DNA of 64,000 nucleotides from assembly GCA_046289335.1 (NCBI GenBank), contig JBKBVY010000002.1, positions 1,717 to 65,716 on the forward strand, given 5' to 3'. The notes beneath the pieces are model-generated. The model ran no database searches. It saw only the letters and a list, made by a program, of their open reading frames with translations, and was not told where the DNA came from. Of this stretch, positions 18,919 to 27,824 are shown piece by piece. Within the stretch, counting starts at the first letter, position 1; every line of letters starts with the position of its first letter. Origin of the DNA: Roseateles sp. GTDB lineage: Bacteria > Pseudomonadota > Gammaproteobacteria > Burkholderiales > Burkholderiaceae_C. A program made the translations under genes and the position numbers.

Positions 18919-19646
18919 GTGGGGTCGAGTAGCCGAAGCCAGTGATCGGGATGATAGGTCCAGGGGCCGGGCGTGGCTGCGCCGACATGGGTGGCCAGGT
19001 GGGCCTCGAAGGCCGTCCGCGAGACTTCCGCCGCGCCCAGCGAGGCCAGGTGGCGGGTGTTCTGCTGGCAGTCGATCCAGGGAATGTCGAACGCGCGGCA
19101 CAGGCAGACCAGCGCGCACAAGGCGATCTTGGACGCGTCCGTGCGGCGCATGAACATGGACTCGCCGTAGAACATGCGGCCCAGGTTGACGCCGTACAGC
19201 CCGCCCACCAGTTCGCCGTCCACCCAGGTCTCGACGCTGTGCATGGCCGGCCAGGCCAGGTAGGCGGCCTGCAGCTCGGGCACGATCCAGGTGCCGTCCT
19301 GGCCCTCGCGCGGCGTGCTGGCGCAGGCGCGCAGCACGGCGGCGCGGTCGTGGTCGACGCGGATCTCGCAGCCGGGCGTGCGGGCGAACTTGGCCACCGT
19401 CTTGCGCAGCGAGCGCGACAGCTTGAAGTTCGCCGTCTGCAGCACCATGCGCGGGTCGGGCGCCCACCACAGCGGCGGCTGGCCGGGGCCGTACCAGGGA
19501 AAGATGCCGCGCCGGTAGGCGGCGGCCAGGCGCTCGGGGGTCAGCGTGCCGCCGGCAGCCAGCAGGCCCGGCGCGTCGGTGTCCGGGCCCAGGGCCCGGC
19601 TGCTGGGCGGAAATGCCAGCGAGCTGTCGTCCAGCCAATCGATCAT
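18915..19646 (-). CDS. aat: leucyl/phenylalanyl-tRNA--protein transferase
   Basis: [32 protein letters not shown]. Confidence 0.95.
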   Translation of the reverse strand: MIDWLDDSSLAFPPSSRALGPDTDAPGLLAAGGTLTPERLAAAYRRGIFPWYGPGQPPLWWAPDPRMVLQTANFKLSRSLRKTVAKFARTPGCEIRVDHDRAAVLRACASTPREGQDGTWIVPELQAAYLAWPAMHSVETWVDGELVGGLYGVNLGRMFYGESMFMRRTDASKIALCALVCLCRAFDIPWIDCQQNTRHLASLGAAEVSRTAFEAHLATHVGAATPGPWTYHPDHWLRLLDPT

Positions 19647-19669
19647 GGCCCCATGGTACGGTGCGCCCC

Positions 19670-20032
19670 ATGATCACCGTCTATGGCATCCCCAACTGCG
19701 ACACCGTCAAGAAGGCCCGCGCCTGGCTGGCCGAGCGAGGCCTGGAGGCCGGCTTCCACGACTTCAAGAAGCAGGGCGTGCCGGCCGAACTGCTGCCGGC
19801 CTGGCTGGCCGCCTTCGGCCGCGACAAGCTCATCAACCGCGCCGGCACGACCTGGCGCAAGCTGGACGACGCGGCCAAGGCCGCCGTCGTCGACGACGCC
19901 AGCGCCCAGGCGCTGATGCTGCGCGAGCCCAGCGTCATCAAGCGGCCGGTGGTGCGCTGGGCCGACGGGCACTGGACGCTCGGATTCAGTGCGCATATGT
20001 TTGAAGAAGGTGCATCAAGCGCACCGAAGTAG
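19670..20032 (+). CDS. ArsC/YffB (Spx-like) family protein
   Basis: [32 protein letters not shown]. Confidence 0.9.
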   Translation: MITVYGIPNCDTVKKARAWLAERGLEAGFHDFKKQGVPAELLPAWLAAFGRDKLINRAGTTWRKLDDAAKAAVVDDASAQALMLREPSVIKRPVVRWADGHWTLGFSAHMFEEGASSAPK

Positions 20033-20074
20033 AGCTGCTGGACTGCGACTGCGGCTGTGGTCGTGCATTGAAAT

Positions 20075-20091
20075 CGGGCATTGAACTTGCT
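20075..20091 (+). promoter_or_regulatory. putative sigma54 (-24/-12) promoter of amt
   Basis: CGGGCATTGAACTTGCT, i.e. GG-N10-GC; NtrC-like GCAC/GTGC half sites nearby. Confidence 0.55.
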
Positions 20092-20165
20092 GTTTCGGTG
20101 CGGTTTTGTTCGGCTTGGTGCGTTCCGCCCAAGCCTGGAGCCGAGAACCGCGACAGGAGGCAGTG

Positions 20166-21371
20166 TTGGAGTCATCGATCAAGCAGGGCGCGGATGCGCT
20201 CTTCATCCTGCTGGGCGCCATCATGGTGCTGGCCATGCATGCGGGCTTTGCCTTTCTGGAGCTGGGCACCGTGCGCAAGAAGAACCAGGTCAATGCGCTG
20301 GTGAAGATCCTGGTGGACTTCGCCGTCTCCACGCTGGCCTATTTCCTGGTGGGCTATGGCGTGGCCTACGGCATGCACTTCTTCGTCGGCGCGGAGCAGC
20401 TGGCGCAGAAGAACGGCTACGAGCTGGTCAAGTTCTTCTTCCTGCTGACCTTCGCGGCGGCCATTCCCGCCATCGTGTCCGGCGGCATTGCCGAGCGGGC
20501 GCGCTTCGGGCCGCAGCTGGCGGCCACCTGCGTGGTCGTGGGCTTCGTCTATCCGTTCTTCGAGGGCATCGCCTGGAACCAGGCCTTTGGCGTGCAGGCC
20601 TGGCTGAAGGCCGCCACGGGCGCCGAGTTCCATGACTTCGCCGGCAGCGTCGTCGTGCATGCGGTGGGCGGCTGGATAGGCCTGGCCGCCGTGCTGCTGC
20701 TGGGTCCGCGGCTGAACCGCTACCGCAAGGACGGCGCGATGAGCGCCCATCCGCCGTCCAGCATTCCCTTCCTCGCGCTGGGCGCCTGGGTGCTGACGGT
20801 GGGCTGGTTCGGCTTCAACGTGATGAGCGCGCAGACGCTGGAGAAGATGTCGGGCCTGGTGGCCGTGAACTCGTTGATGGCCATGACCGGCGGCACGCTG
20901 GTGGCCGTGCTGCTGGGCCGCAACGACCCCGGCTTTGCCTACAACGGCCCGCTGGCGGGTCTGGTGGCCGTGTGCGCGGGCTCGGATGTCATGCATCCGC
21001 TGGGCGCGCTGGTGGTCGGCGGCGTCGCGGGCTGGCTGTTCGTGCAGTTCTTCACCCTGACGCAGAACCGCTGGAAGATCGACGACGTGCTGGGCGTGTG
21101 GCCGCTGCACGGCCTGTGCGGCGCCTGGGGCGGCATCGCCTGCGGCATCTTCGGTCAGCAGTCGCTGGGCGGGCTGGGTGGTGTCAGCTTCACGGCGCAG
21201 CTGCTCGGCACGCTGGGCGGTGTGGCCTGGGCGCTGGCGGGCGGCTTCGTCGTCTACGGCGTCATCAAGCGCATCACCGGCCTGCGGCTGGATGCCGAGC
21301 AGGAGTACGAGGGCGCCGACCTGTCCATCCACAAGATCGGCGCGACGCCGGACCGCGAGGTCAGCTGGTAA
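20166..21371 (+). CDS. amt: ammonium transporter (Amt family)
   Basis: AGGAGG RBS before a TTG/GTG start; SGGIAER, HDFAGSVVVH, WFGFN, IDDVLGVWPLHG. Confidence 0.92.
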   Translation: MESSIKQGADALFILLGAIMVLAMHAGFAFLELGTVRKKNQVNALVKILVDFAVSTLAYFLVGYGVAYGMHFFVGAEQLAQKNGYELVKFFFLLTFAAAIPAIVSGGIAERARFGPQLAATCVVVGFVYPFFEGIAWNQAFGVQAWLKAATGAEFHDFAGSVVVHAVGGWIGLAAVLLLGPRLNRYRKDGAMSAHPPSSIPFLALGAWVLTVGWFGFNVMSAQTLEKMSGLVAVNSLMAMTGGTLVAVLLGRNDPGFAYNGPLAGLVAVCAGSDVMHPLGALVVGGVAGWLFVQFFTLTQNRWKIDDVLGVWPLHGLCGAWGGIACGIFGQQSLGGLGGVSFTAQLLGTLGGVAWALAGGFVVYGVIKRITGLRLDAEQEYEGADLSIHKIGATPDREVSW

Positions 21372-21393
21372 GCTGACCCGCCTCTTGCGCACC

Positions 21394-21417
21394 AAGGCCT
21401 CCGCGGGAGGCCTTTTT
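21394..21417 (+). terminator. intrinsic terminator after amt
   Basis: AAGGCCTCC-GCG-GGAGGCCTT followed by a T tract. Confidence 0.8.
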
Positions 21418-21428
21418 CAATTCCTTCC

Positions 21429-22133
21429 ATGTTCACCGGCATTGTTCAGGGCGTCGCCCGCGTCGAATCCATCGAGGCCCGCGAGGGCCTGCACACGCTG
21501 CACCTGCGCTTCCCGCCGGGCTTCGATGAAGACCTGGCCATCGGCGCCAGCGTGTCCTGCGACGGCGTGTGCCTGACCGTCACCGAGCGCCCCGCGCCCG
21601 GCGTGGCCAGCTTCGACGTGATGGCGCAGACGCTGCGCCTGACCACGTTGGGCCAGTTGATGGCCGGCTCGGGCCTGAACGTGGAGCGCGCGGCCAGGGA
21701 GGGCGTGGAGATCGGCGGCCATCCGCTGTCGGGCCATGTGGACGTGTCGGCCCGCATCGCCGAGATCCGCAAGCCCGACAACAACCATGTCATCCGCTTC
21801 GCGCTGCCGGCGCCGTGGATGCGCTACGTGTTCGCCAAGGGCTACATCGGCGTCAACGGCTGCAGCCTGACGGTGGCCGAGGCGCAGCGCGAGCGCGACG
21901 GCTCAGGCTGGTTCGAGGTCTGGCTGATTCCCGAGACGCTGCGCATGACCACCTTCGGCGACAAGACCGTGGGCGACGCGGTGCACATCGAGATCGAGCG
22001 CAGTACCCAGGTCGTCGTGGACACGGTGCGCGATGCGCTGGACGAGAAGCTGGGGCCGCTGCTGCCGGTGCTGGAGGCGATCGCGCGGGAGCGCGGCATC
22101 GACCTGACCCAGCTTGCGCTGGGCAAGTCTTGA
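21429..22133 (+). CDS. ribE: riboflavin synthase alpha chain
   Basis: MFTGIV N-terminus, GVCLTV, GGHPLSGHVD, GCSLTV. Confidence 0.95.
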   Translation: MFTGIVQGVARVESIEAREGLHTLHLRFPPGFDEDLAIGASVSCDGVCLTVTERPAPGVASFDVMAQTLRLTTLGQLMAGSGLNVERAAREGVEIGGHPLSGHVDVSARIAEIRKPDNNHVIRFALPAPWMRYVFAKGYIGVNGCSLTVAEAQRERDGSGWFEVWLIPETLRMTTFGDKTVGDAVHIEIERSTQVVVDTVRDALDEKLGPLLPVLEAIARERGIDLTQLALGKS

Positions 22134-22147
22134 TGCTTTCTTGATGC
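22130..22147 (+). promoter_or_regulatory. putative KdpE-binding direct repeat
   Basis: TTGATGC-TTTC-TTGATGC (11-bp period, OmpR/PhoB-like geometry) about 70 bp upstream of the kdp operon. Confidence 0.5.
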
Positions 22148-22218
22148 CGCCGGCCCCGATCTTGTCGGGGCTTTGACGGCGCGATTTCCAGAATGCCTCC
22201 ATGTTTCTTGGAGGTGTC

Positions 22219-22326
22219 ATGGACATCGTTTTTCTGGGTCTCGGCCTGGCCCTCGCCCTATTGACGGCATGGGCAGCCCGTGGCTGCGAACGCCTGCGCG
22301 GCCTGCGCAACGGAGGCCGCGCATGA
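22219..22326 (+). CDS. 35-aa single-TM peptide upstream of kdpF
   Basis: GGAGGT RBS; [35 protein letters not shown]; ATGA overlap with kdpF. Confidence 0.7.
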   Translation: MDIVFLGLGLALALLTAWAARGCERLRGLRNGGRA

Positions 22327-22403
22327 GCGTTTTTGAGTGGATGGCAGTCGGCCTGGTGGCCTACCTCTTCTGGGCGCTGCTGTTTCCGGAGGACTTGACA
22401 TGA
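22323..22403 (+). CDS. kdpF: K+-transporting ATPase subunit F
   Basis: [26 protein letters not shown] (YLxxALxxPE motif); ATGA overlap with kdpA. Confidence 0.85.
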   Translation: MSVFEWMAVGLVAYLFWALLFPEDLT

Positions 22404-24196
22404 GCTCGTCCGCCTGGATTCAACTGGCCGGCTTCCTCGTCGTGCTGCTGGCCCTCGCCTGGCCGACGGCGCGCTGGATTCATGCCGCCATGGAAGGCCG
22501 TGTGGCCTGGCTGCGGGGCCCGGAGCGCGGCCTGCTGCGCCTGGCCGGCGTCAACGCCGACGCCGAGCAGGGCTGGCTGCGCTATGCGCTGGGCCTGCTG
22601 ATCTTCAATGCGCTGGGTGTGCTGGCCGTCTATGCGCTGCAACGCCTGCAGGCCGGGCTGCCGCTGAACCCGCAGGGCATGGCAGCGGTCACGCCGGACT
22701 CTGCCTTCAACACGGCCGTCAGCTTCGTGACGAACACGAACTGGCAGGGCTATGGCGGCGAGACGACCATGAGCTACCTGACGCAGATGCTGGGGCTGAC
22801 GGTGCAGAACTTCCTGTCCGCCGCCACCGGCATTGCCGTCGTCGTTGCATTGCTGCGCGGCTTCGCGCGGCATTCGGCCCAGGCCATCGGCAACGTGTGG
22901 GCCGACCTGACGCGGGCCACGTTGTGGGTGCTGCTGCCCTTGTCGCTGGTGTTCGCGCTGGTGCTGGCCGGCATGGGTGTGGTGCAGACGCTCGCGCCCT
23001 ACCAGGACGTGAGCACCGTCGAGGTCCAGACCTGGCAGCAGCCCAAGCTGGGCGCCGACGGCCAGCCGCTGAAGACGGCCGACGGTCAGGCCGTCATGGA
23101 AGACGTGAGCGGCCAGACGCAGACGCTGGCCCTGGGCCCGGTGGCCTCGCAGCTCGCCATCAAGATGCTGGGCACCAACGGCGGCGGCTTCTTCAACGCC
23201 AACTCGGCCCATCCGTTCGAGAACCCCAGTCCTGCGACCAATGTGCTGCAGATGCTGTCCATCTTCCTGATCCCGGCGGCGCTGTGCTTCGTCATGGGGC
23301 GGCAGGTGGGTGACATGCGGCAGGGCTGGGCGGTGCTCGCTGCGATGACGGCGATGTTCGTCGTCGCCGTCGTCGCGGTCAGCGCGGCGGAGCAGGCCGG
23401 CAACCCGCGCCTGGCCGCGCTCGGGGTCGACCAGGCTGCCTCGCTGGCCCAGTCCGGCGGCAACATGGAAGGCAAGGAGGTGCGCTTCGGCATCGACGCC
23501 TCGGCGCTGTTTGCCGCCATCACCACGGCGGCCAGCTGCGGCGCCGTGAACTCCATGCACGACAGCTACACGCCGCTGGGCGGCATGGTGCCCATGGTGT
23601 TGATGCAGCTCGGCGGGGTGGTCTTCGGCGGCGTCGGTGCGGGCCTGTACGGCATGCTCATCTTCGCGCTGCTGGCGGTGTTCATCGCCGGCCTGATGAT
23701 TGGCCGCACGCCGGAGTACCTCGGCAAGAAGATCGAGGCGCACGAGATGAAGATGGTCTCGCTGGCCGTGCTGCTGACGCCGCTGGCGGTGCTGGTCGGC
23801 ACGGCCCTGGCCGTCAGCACCGAGGCCGGGCGCGCCACCATCGCCGCGCCGGGCGCGCATGGCTTCAGCGAGGTGTTGTACGCGTTCTCGTCGGCCGGCA
23901 ACAACAACGGCAGCGCCTTCGCGGGCCTGGGCGCCAACACGCCCTTCTACAACCTGGCGCTGGGCCTGGCGATGTGGATAGGCCGGTTCGGCGTCATCGT
24001 GCCGGTGCTGGCCCTGGCGGGGTCGCTGGCCGCCAAGAAGCGCCTCGCCCCCGGCGAGGGCACGCTGCCCACCCACGGCCCGCTGTTCGTGGCCCTGCTG
24101 GTCGGCGTGGTGCTGCTGGTCGGCCTGCTGAACTATGTGCCTGCGCTGGCCCTGGGCCCGGTCGTCGAGCACCTGATCCTCTGGAGCCAATCATGA
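22400..24196 (+). CDS. kdpA: K+-transporting ATPase subunit A
   Basis: [30 protein letters not shown] selectivity-filter motifs. Confidence 0.96.
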   Translation: MSSSAWIQLAGFLVVLLALAWPTARWIHAAMEGRVAWLRGPERGLLRLAGVNADAEQGWLRYALGLLIFNALGVLAVYALQRLQAGLPLNPQGMAAVTPDSAFNTAVSFVTNTNWQGYGGETTMSYLTQMLGLTVQNFLSAATGIAVVVALLRGFARHSAQAIGNVWADLTRATLWVLLPLSLVFALVLAGMGVVQTLAPYQDVSTVEVQTWQQPKLGADGQPLKTADGQAVMEDVSGQTQTLALGPVASQLAIKMLGTNGGGFFNANSAHPFENPSPATNVLQMLSIFLIPAALCFVMGRQVGDMRQGWAVLAAMTAMFVVAVVAVSAAEQAGNPRLAALGVDQAASLAQSGGNMEGKEVRFGIDASALFAAITTAASCGAVNSMHDSYTPLGGMVPMVLMQLGGVVFGGVGAGLYGMLIFALLAVFIAGLMIGRTPEYLGKKIEAHEMKMVSLAVLLTPLAVLVGTALAVSTEAGRATIAAPGAHGFSEVLYAFSSAGNNNGSAFAGLGANTPFYNLALGLAMWIGRFGVIVPVLALAGSLAAKKRLAPGEGTLPTHGPLFVALLVGVVLLVGLLNYVPALALGPVVEHLILWSQS

Positions 24197-26244
24197 GCCG
24201 CACAGGCTTCTCCCTGTTCGACCCGGCGCTGACGCGCACGGCCCTGGTCGACGCCTTCCGCAAGCTGGACCCGCGCACGCAGTGGCGCAATCCGGTGATG
24301 TTCGTGGTCTACCTCGGCAGCCTGCTGACGACCGCACTGTCCATCGCCCAGCCGAATGGCTTCGTGGTGGCGGTGACGCTGTGGCTGTGGTTCACCGTGC
24401 TGTTCGCCAACTTCGCCGAGGCGCTGGCCGAGGGCCGCAGCAAGGCGCAAGCCGCATCGCTGCGCGGCCTGAAGAAGGAGACCTGGGCCAAGGTCATCGA
24501 GACCTGGAAGCCCGGCATGGGTCGCGACGGCCTGCAATGGCATCCGCGCGAGGCCGGCACGCTGCGCAAGGGCGAAATCGTCCTCATCGAGACCAACGAC
24601 GTCGTGCCCGCCGATGCCGAGGTCGTGGAAGGCGTCGCCTCGGTGGACGAGAGCGCCATCACCGGCGAATCCGCGCCCGTCATCCGCGAAAGCGGCGGCG
24701 ACTTCTCGGCGCTGACCGGTGGCACGCGTGTGCTGTCGGACTGGGTCATCGCCCGCGTGGCCGTGAACCCGGGCGAGACCTTCGTGGACCGCATGATCGC
24801 AATGGTGGAAGGCGCCCAGCGCAAGCGCACGCCCAACGAGATCGCGCTGACCATCCTGCTGGTGGCGCTGACGCTGGTGTTCCTGGGCGTGGTCGCCACG
24901 CTGCTGCCGTTCTCGCAGTTCAGCGTGGCCGTCGCCGGCACGGGCCAGCCCGTCAGCCTGGTCGTGCTGGTCGCGCTGCTGGTCTGCCTGATCCCCACAA
25001 CCATCGCCGGCCTGCTGTCGGCCGTGGGCGTGGCGGGCATGAGCCGCATGCTGCAGGCCAATGTCATCGCGACCTCGGGCCGCGCGGTGGAAGCCGCGGG
25101 CGACGTGGACGTGCTGCTGCTGGACAAGACCGGCACCATCACGCTGGGCAACCGCCAGGCCGATGCCTTCTGGCCGGTGGACGGCGCCAGCGAAGCCCAG
25201 CTGGCCGAGGCGGCGCGCCTGGCCTCGCTGGCCGACGAGACGCCCGAGGGCCGCAGCATCGTGCTGCTGGCCGACCGCAAGTTCGGCGCCAAGCCGGCCG
25301 CCGCGGAGCAGGGCGTCTTCGTGCCCTTCACGGCGCAGACGCGCATGAGCGGCGTGGACCTCGGCGCCCGCCAGATCCGCAAGGGCGCGGGCAGCGCCGT
25401 GCGCGCCCATGTCGAGGCGCTGGGCGGCCGCTGGCCCGGCAGCGTGCAGGCGGCGGTGGACGAAGCGGCCCGCCGCGGCAGCACGCCGCTGGTGGTCGCC
25501 GACGGCACCCAGGTGCTGGGCGTCGTGGAGCTCAAGGACATCGTCAAGCCCGGCATCAAGGAACGCTTCGCGCAGTTGCGCTGCATGGGCATCAAGACCG
25601 TCATGGTCACCGGCGACAACCGGCTGACGGCCGCGGCCATCGCCGCCGAGGCGGGCGTGGACGACTTTCTGGCCGAGGCCACGCCCGAGGCCAAGCTGAC
25701 GCTGATCCGCGAGCATCAGGCCCAGGGCCGGCTGGTCGCCATGACCGGCGACGGCACCAACGATGCGCCGGCGCTGGCCCAGGCCGACGTGGCGGTGGCG
25801 ATGAACACCGGCACCCAGGCCGCCAAGGAGGCCGGCAACATGGTCGACCTGGACAGCAACCCGACCAAGCTCATCGAGGTGGTCGAGACCGGCAAGCAGA
25901 TGCTGATGACCCGCGGCGCGCTGACGACCTTCTCCATCGCCAACGACCTGGCCAAGTACTTCGCCGTGCTGCCGGCGGCCTTCGTGTCCACCTATCCGCA
26001 GCTGGCGGCGCTGAACGTGATGCGGCTGCACAGCCCGGACTCGGCCATCCTGTCTGCCGTCATCTTCAACGCGCTGATCATCGTCGTGCTGATCCCGCTG
26101 GCGCTCAAGGGCGTGCGCTACCGCGCCATCGGCGCCGCGGCGCTGCTGCGCCGCAACCTGTTGGTCTACGGCCTGGGCGGCGTCATCGTGCCCTTCATCG
26201 GCATCAAGGCCATCGACCTCCTCATCGCTCCCTTGCTCTCATGA
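24193..26244 (+). CDS. kdpB: K+-transporting ATPase subunit B (P-type)
   Basis: TGES, CLIPTTI, DKTGT, TGDN, GDGTND. Confidence 0.97.
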   Translation: MSRTGFSLFDPALTRTALVDAFRKLDPRTQWRNPVMFVVYLGSLLTTALSIAQPNGFVVAVTLWLWFTVLFANFAEALAEGRSKAQAASLRGLKKETWAKVIETWKPGMGRDGLQWHPREAGTLRKGEIVLIETNDVVPADAEVVEGVASVDESAITGESAPVIRESGGDFSALTGGTRVLSDWVIARVAVNPGETFVDRMIAMVEGAQRKRTPNEIALTILLVALTLVFLGVVATLLPFSQFSVAVAGTGQPVSLVVLVALLVCLIPTTIAGLLSAVGVAGMSRMLQANVIATSGRAVEAAGDVDVLLLDKTGTITLGNRQADAFWPVDGASEAQLAEAARLASLADETPEGRSIVLLADRKFGAKPAAAEQGVFVPFTAQTRMSGVDLGARQIRKGAGSAVRAHVEALGGRWPGSVQAAVDEAARRGSTPLVVADGTQVLGVVELKDIVKPGIKERFAQLRCMGIKTVMVTGDNRLTAAAIAAEAGVDDFLAEATPEAKLTLIREHQAQGRLVAMTGDGTNDAPALAQADVAVAMNTGTQAAKEAGNMVDLDSNPTKLIEVVETGKQMLMTRGALTTFSIANDLAKYFAVLPAAFVSTYPQLAALNVMRLHSPDSAILSAVIFNALIIVVLIPLALKGVRYRAIGAAALLRRNLLVYGLGGVIVPFIGIKAIDLLIAPLLS

Positions 26245-26840
26245 ACACCTTGCTCCGCCCCGCACTGACCCTGTTCATCGCGCTCAGCCTGCTCACCGGC
26301 CTGGCCTACCCGCTGCTCGTCACCGGCATCGCGCAGGCGCTGTTCCCGCACCAGGCCAACGGCAGCCTGGTCGAGCACGACGGTCGCACGGTCGGCTCCG
26401 CGCTGATCGGCCAGGCTTTCAGCGATGCCGGCCACTTCTGGGGCCGGCCGTCCGCCACCGCGCCGGTGGCCTACAACGCTGCCAACTCGGCGGGCTCCAA
26501 CCTGGCGCCCACCGCGCCGGCGCTGCTGGAAGCCGTGCAGGCCCGCATCGCCGCATTGCGCGCCGCCGACCCCGGCAACGCCGCGCCCGTGCCGGTGGAC
26601 CTGGTGACCGTCTCGGCCAGCGGGCTGGACCCGCACATCAGCCGCGCCGCGGCCGACTACCAGCTCGCCCGCGTGGCCCGCGTGCGCGGCCTGCCGCCCG
26701 AGCGCGTGCAGGCGCTGGTGGCGCAGCACACCGAGGGCCGCTGGCTGGGCTGGTGGGGCGAGCCGCGCGTCAACGTGCTGCAGCTCAACCTCGCGCTGGA
26801 TGCGGCCGCGCGTGCGACGATGCCCGGGTCTTCTCGCTGA
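26241..26840 (+). CDS. kdpC: K+-transporting ATPase subunit C
   Basis: [35 protein letters not shown]. Confidence 0.95.
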   Translation: MNTLLRPALTLFIALSLLTGLAYPLLVTGIAQALFPHQANGSLVEHDGRTVGSALIGQAFSDAGHFWGRPSATAPVAYNAANSAGSNLAPTAPALLEAVQARIAALRAADPGNAAPVPVDLVTVSASGLDPHISRAAADYQLARVARVRGLPPERVQALVAQHTEGRWLGWWGEPRVNVLQLNLALDAAARATMPGSSR

Positions 26841-26852
26841 CCCGATGCCCGC

Positions 26853-27824
26853 ATGCTGATCAACAGTGCCGTGTACGACGATGGCCGTCTGGTGGCTGAA
26901 CCCGCGCTGGAGCATGTGTCAGAGGCGCTCGCGGCACGCGAGACCGGCTTCCTGTGGATCGCGCTGCGCGACCCCACCGACCAAGAGCTGGCCCGCCTGC
27001 AGCACGAGCTGGACCTGCCGCCGCTGGCCGTGGAGGACGCCCGCAAGGGCCACCAGCGGCCCAAGGTGGAGGAGTACGGCGACATCACCTTCGCCGCCAT
27101 GCACCTGCTGGAGAACGGCCCCGAGGGGCTGGAGGTGGGCGAGGTGCATGTGTTCGTCGGGCCGCGCTTCGTCGTGTCGGTCCGGCACCGCAGCCAGCAG
27201 GGCTTTCTGGGCGTGCGCGACCGCGCCGAACGCGAACCCGAGCTGCTGCGCCAGGGCCCGGGCTTTGTGCTGTATGCGCTGATGGATGCGGTCGTGGACC
27301 GCTACATCCCGCTGATGGACGGCATCGAGGCCCAGCTGGAGAAGCTGGAGGAGACCATGTTCCTGCGCGGCCAGGACCGCCAGGCCGTCGTGCAGCAGCT
27401 GTTCGCGCTGAAGCAGCGCCTGGCCACGCTGCGCCATGCCGTCACGCCGCTGCTGGAGGTCTCGGCCAAGCTGCACGGCGGCCGCGTGCCGGTGGTCTGC
27501 AAGGCGCTGCAGGAGTACTTCCGTGACGTCTACGACCACCTGCTGCGCATCCAGGCCAGCATCGACGCCGCGCGCGAAACCATCATCGCCGCCACCCAGG
27601 TCAACCTGACGCTGGTGACCATCGACGAATCGCTGGTCACCAAGCGGCTGGCGGCCTGGGCGGCCATCTTTGCGGCGTCCACCGCGCTGGCCGGCATCTG
27701 GGGCATGAACTTCGAGAAGATGCCCGAGCTGAAGTGGGCCTACGGCTATCCGATGGCGTTGGCCACCATCGTGCTGGTCAGCGGCGCGCTGTACTGGCGC
27801 TTCAAGCGGCTGCGCTGGCTGTGA
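26853..27824 (+). CDS. corA: CorA family Mg2+/Co2+ transporter
   Basis: HQRPKVEEY, YFRDVYDH, GIWGMNFEKMPELKW (GMN signature). Confidence 0.92.
   Translation: MLINSAVYDDGRLVAEPALEHVSEALAARETGFLWIALRDPTDQELARLQHELDLPPLAVEDARKGHQRPKVEEYGDITFAAMHLLENGPEGLEVGEVHVFVGPRFVVSVRHRSQQGFLGVRDRAEREPELLRQGPGFVLYALMDAVVDRYIPLMDGIEAQLEKLEETMFLRGQDRQAVVQQLFALKQRLATLRHAVTPLLEVSAKLHGGRVPVVCKALQEYFRDVYDHLLRIQASIDAARETIIAATQVNLTLVTIDESLVTKRLAAWAAIFAASTALAGIWGMNFEKMPELKWAYGYPMALATIVLVSGALYWRFKRLRWL

Noticed and set aside
18184-19646. aat-bpt as part of the EPS acylation cassette
   Set aside because: Standard N-degron pair, convergent with the decarboxylase; adjacency is probably just the locus boundary
21372-21428. 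FMN riboswitch upstream of riboflavin synthase
   Set aside because: Only 57 bp intergenic, containing a simple terminator and no RFN element sequence
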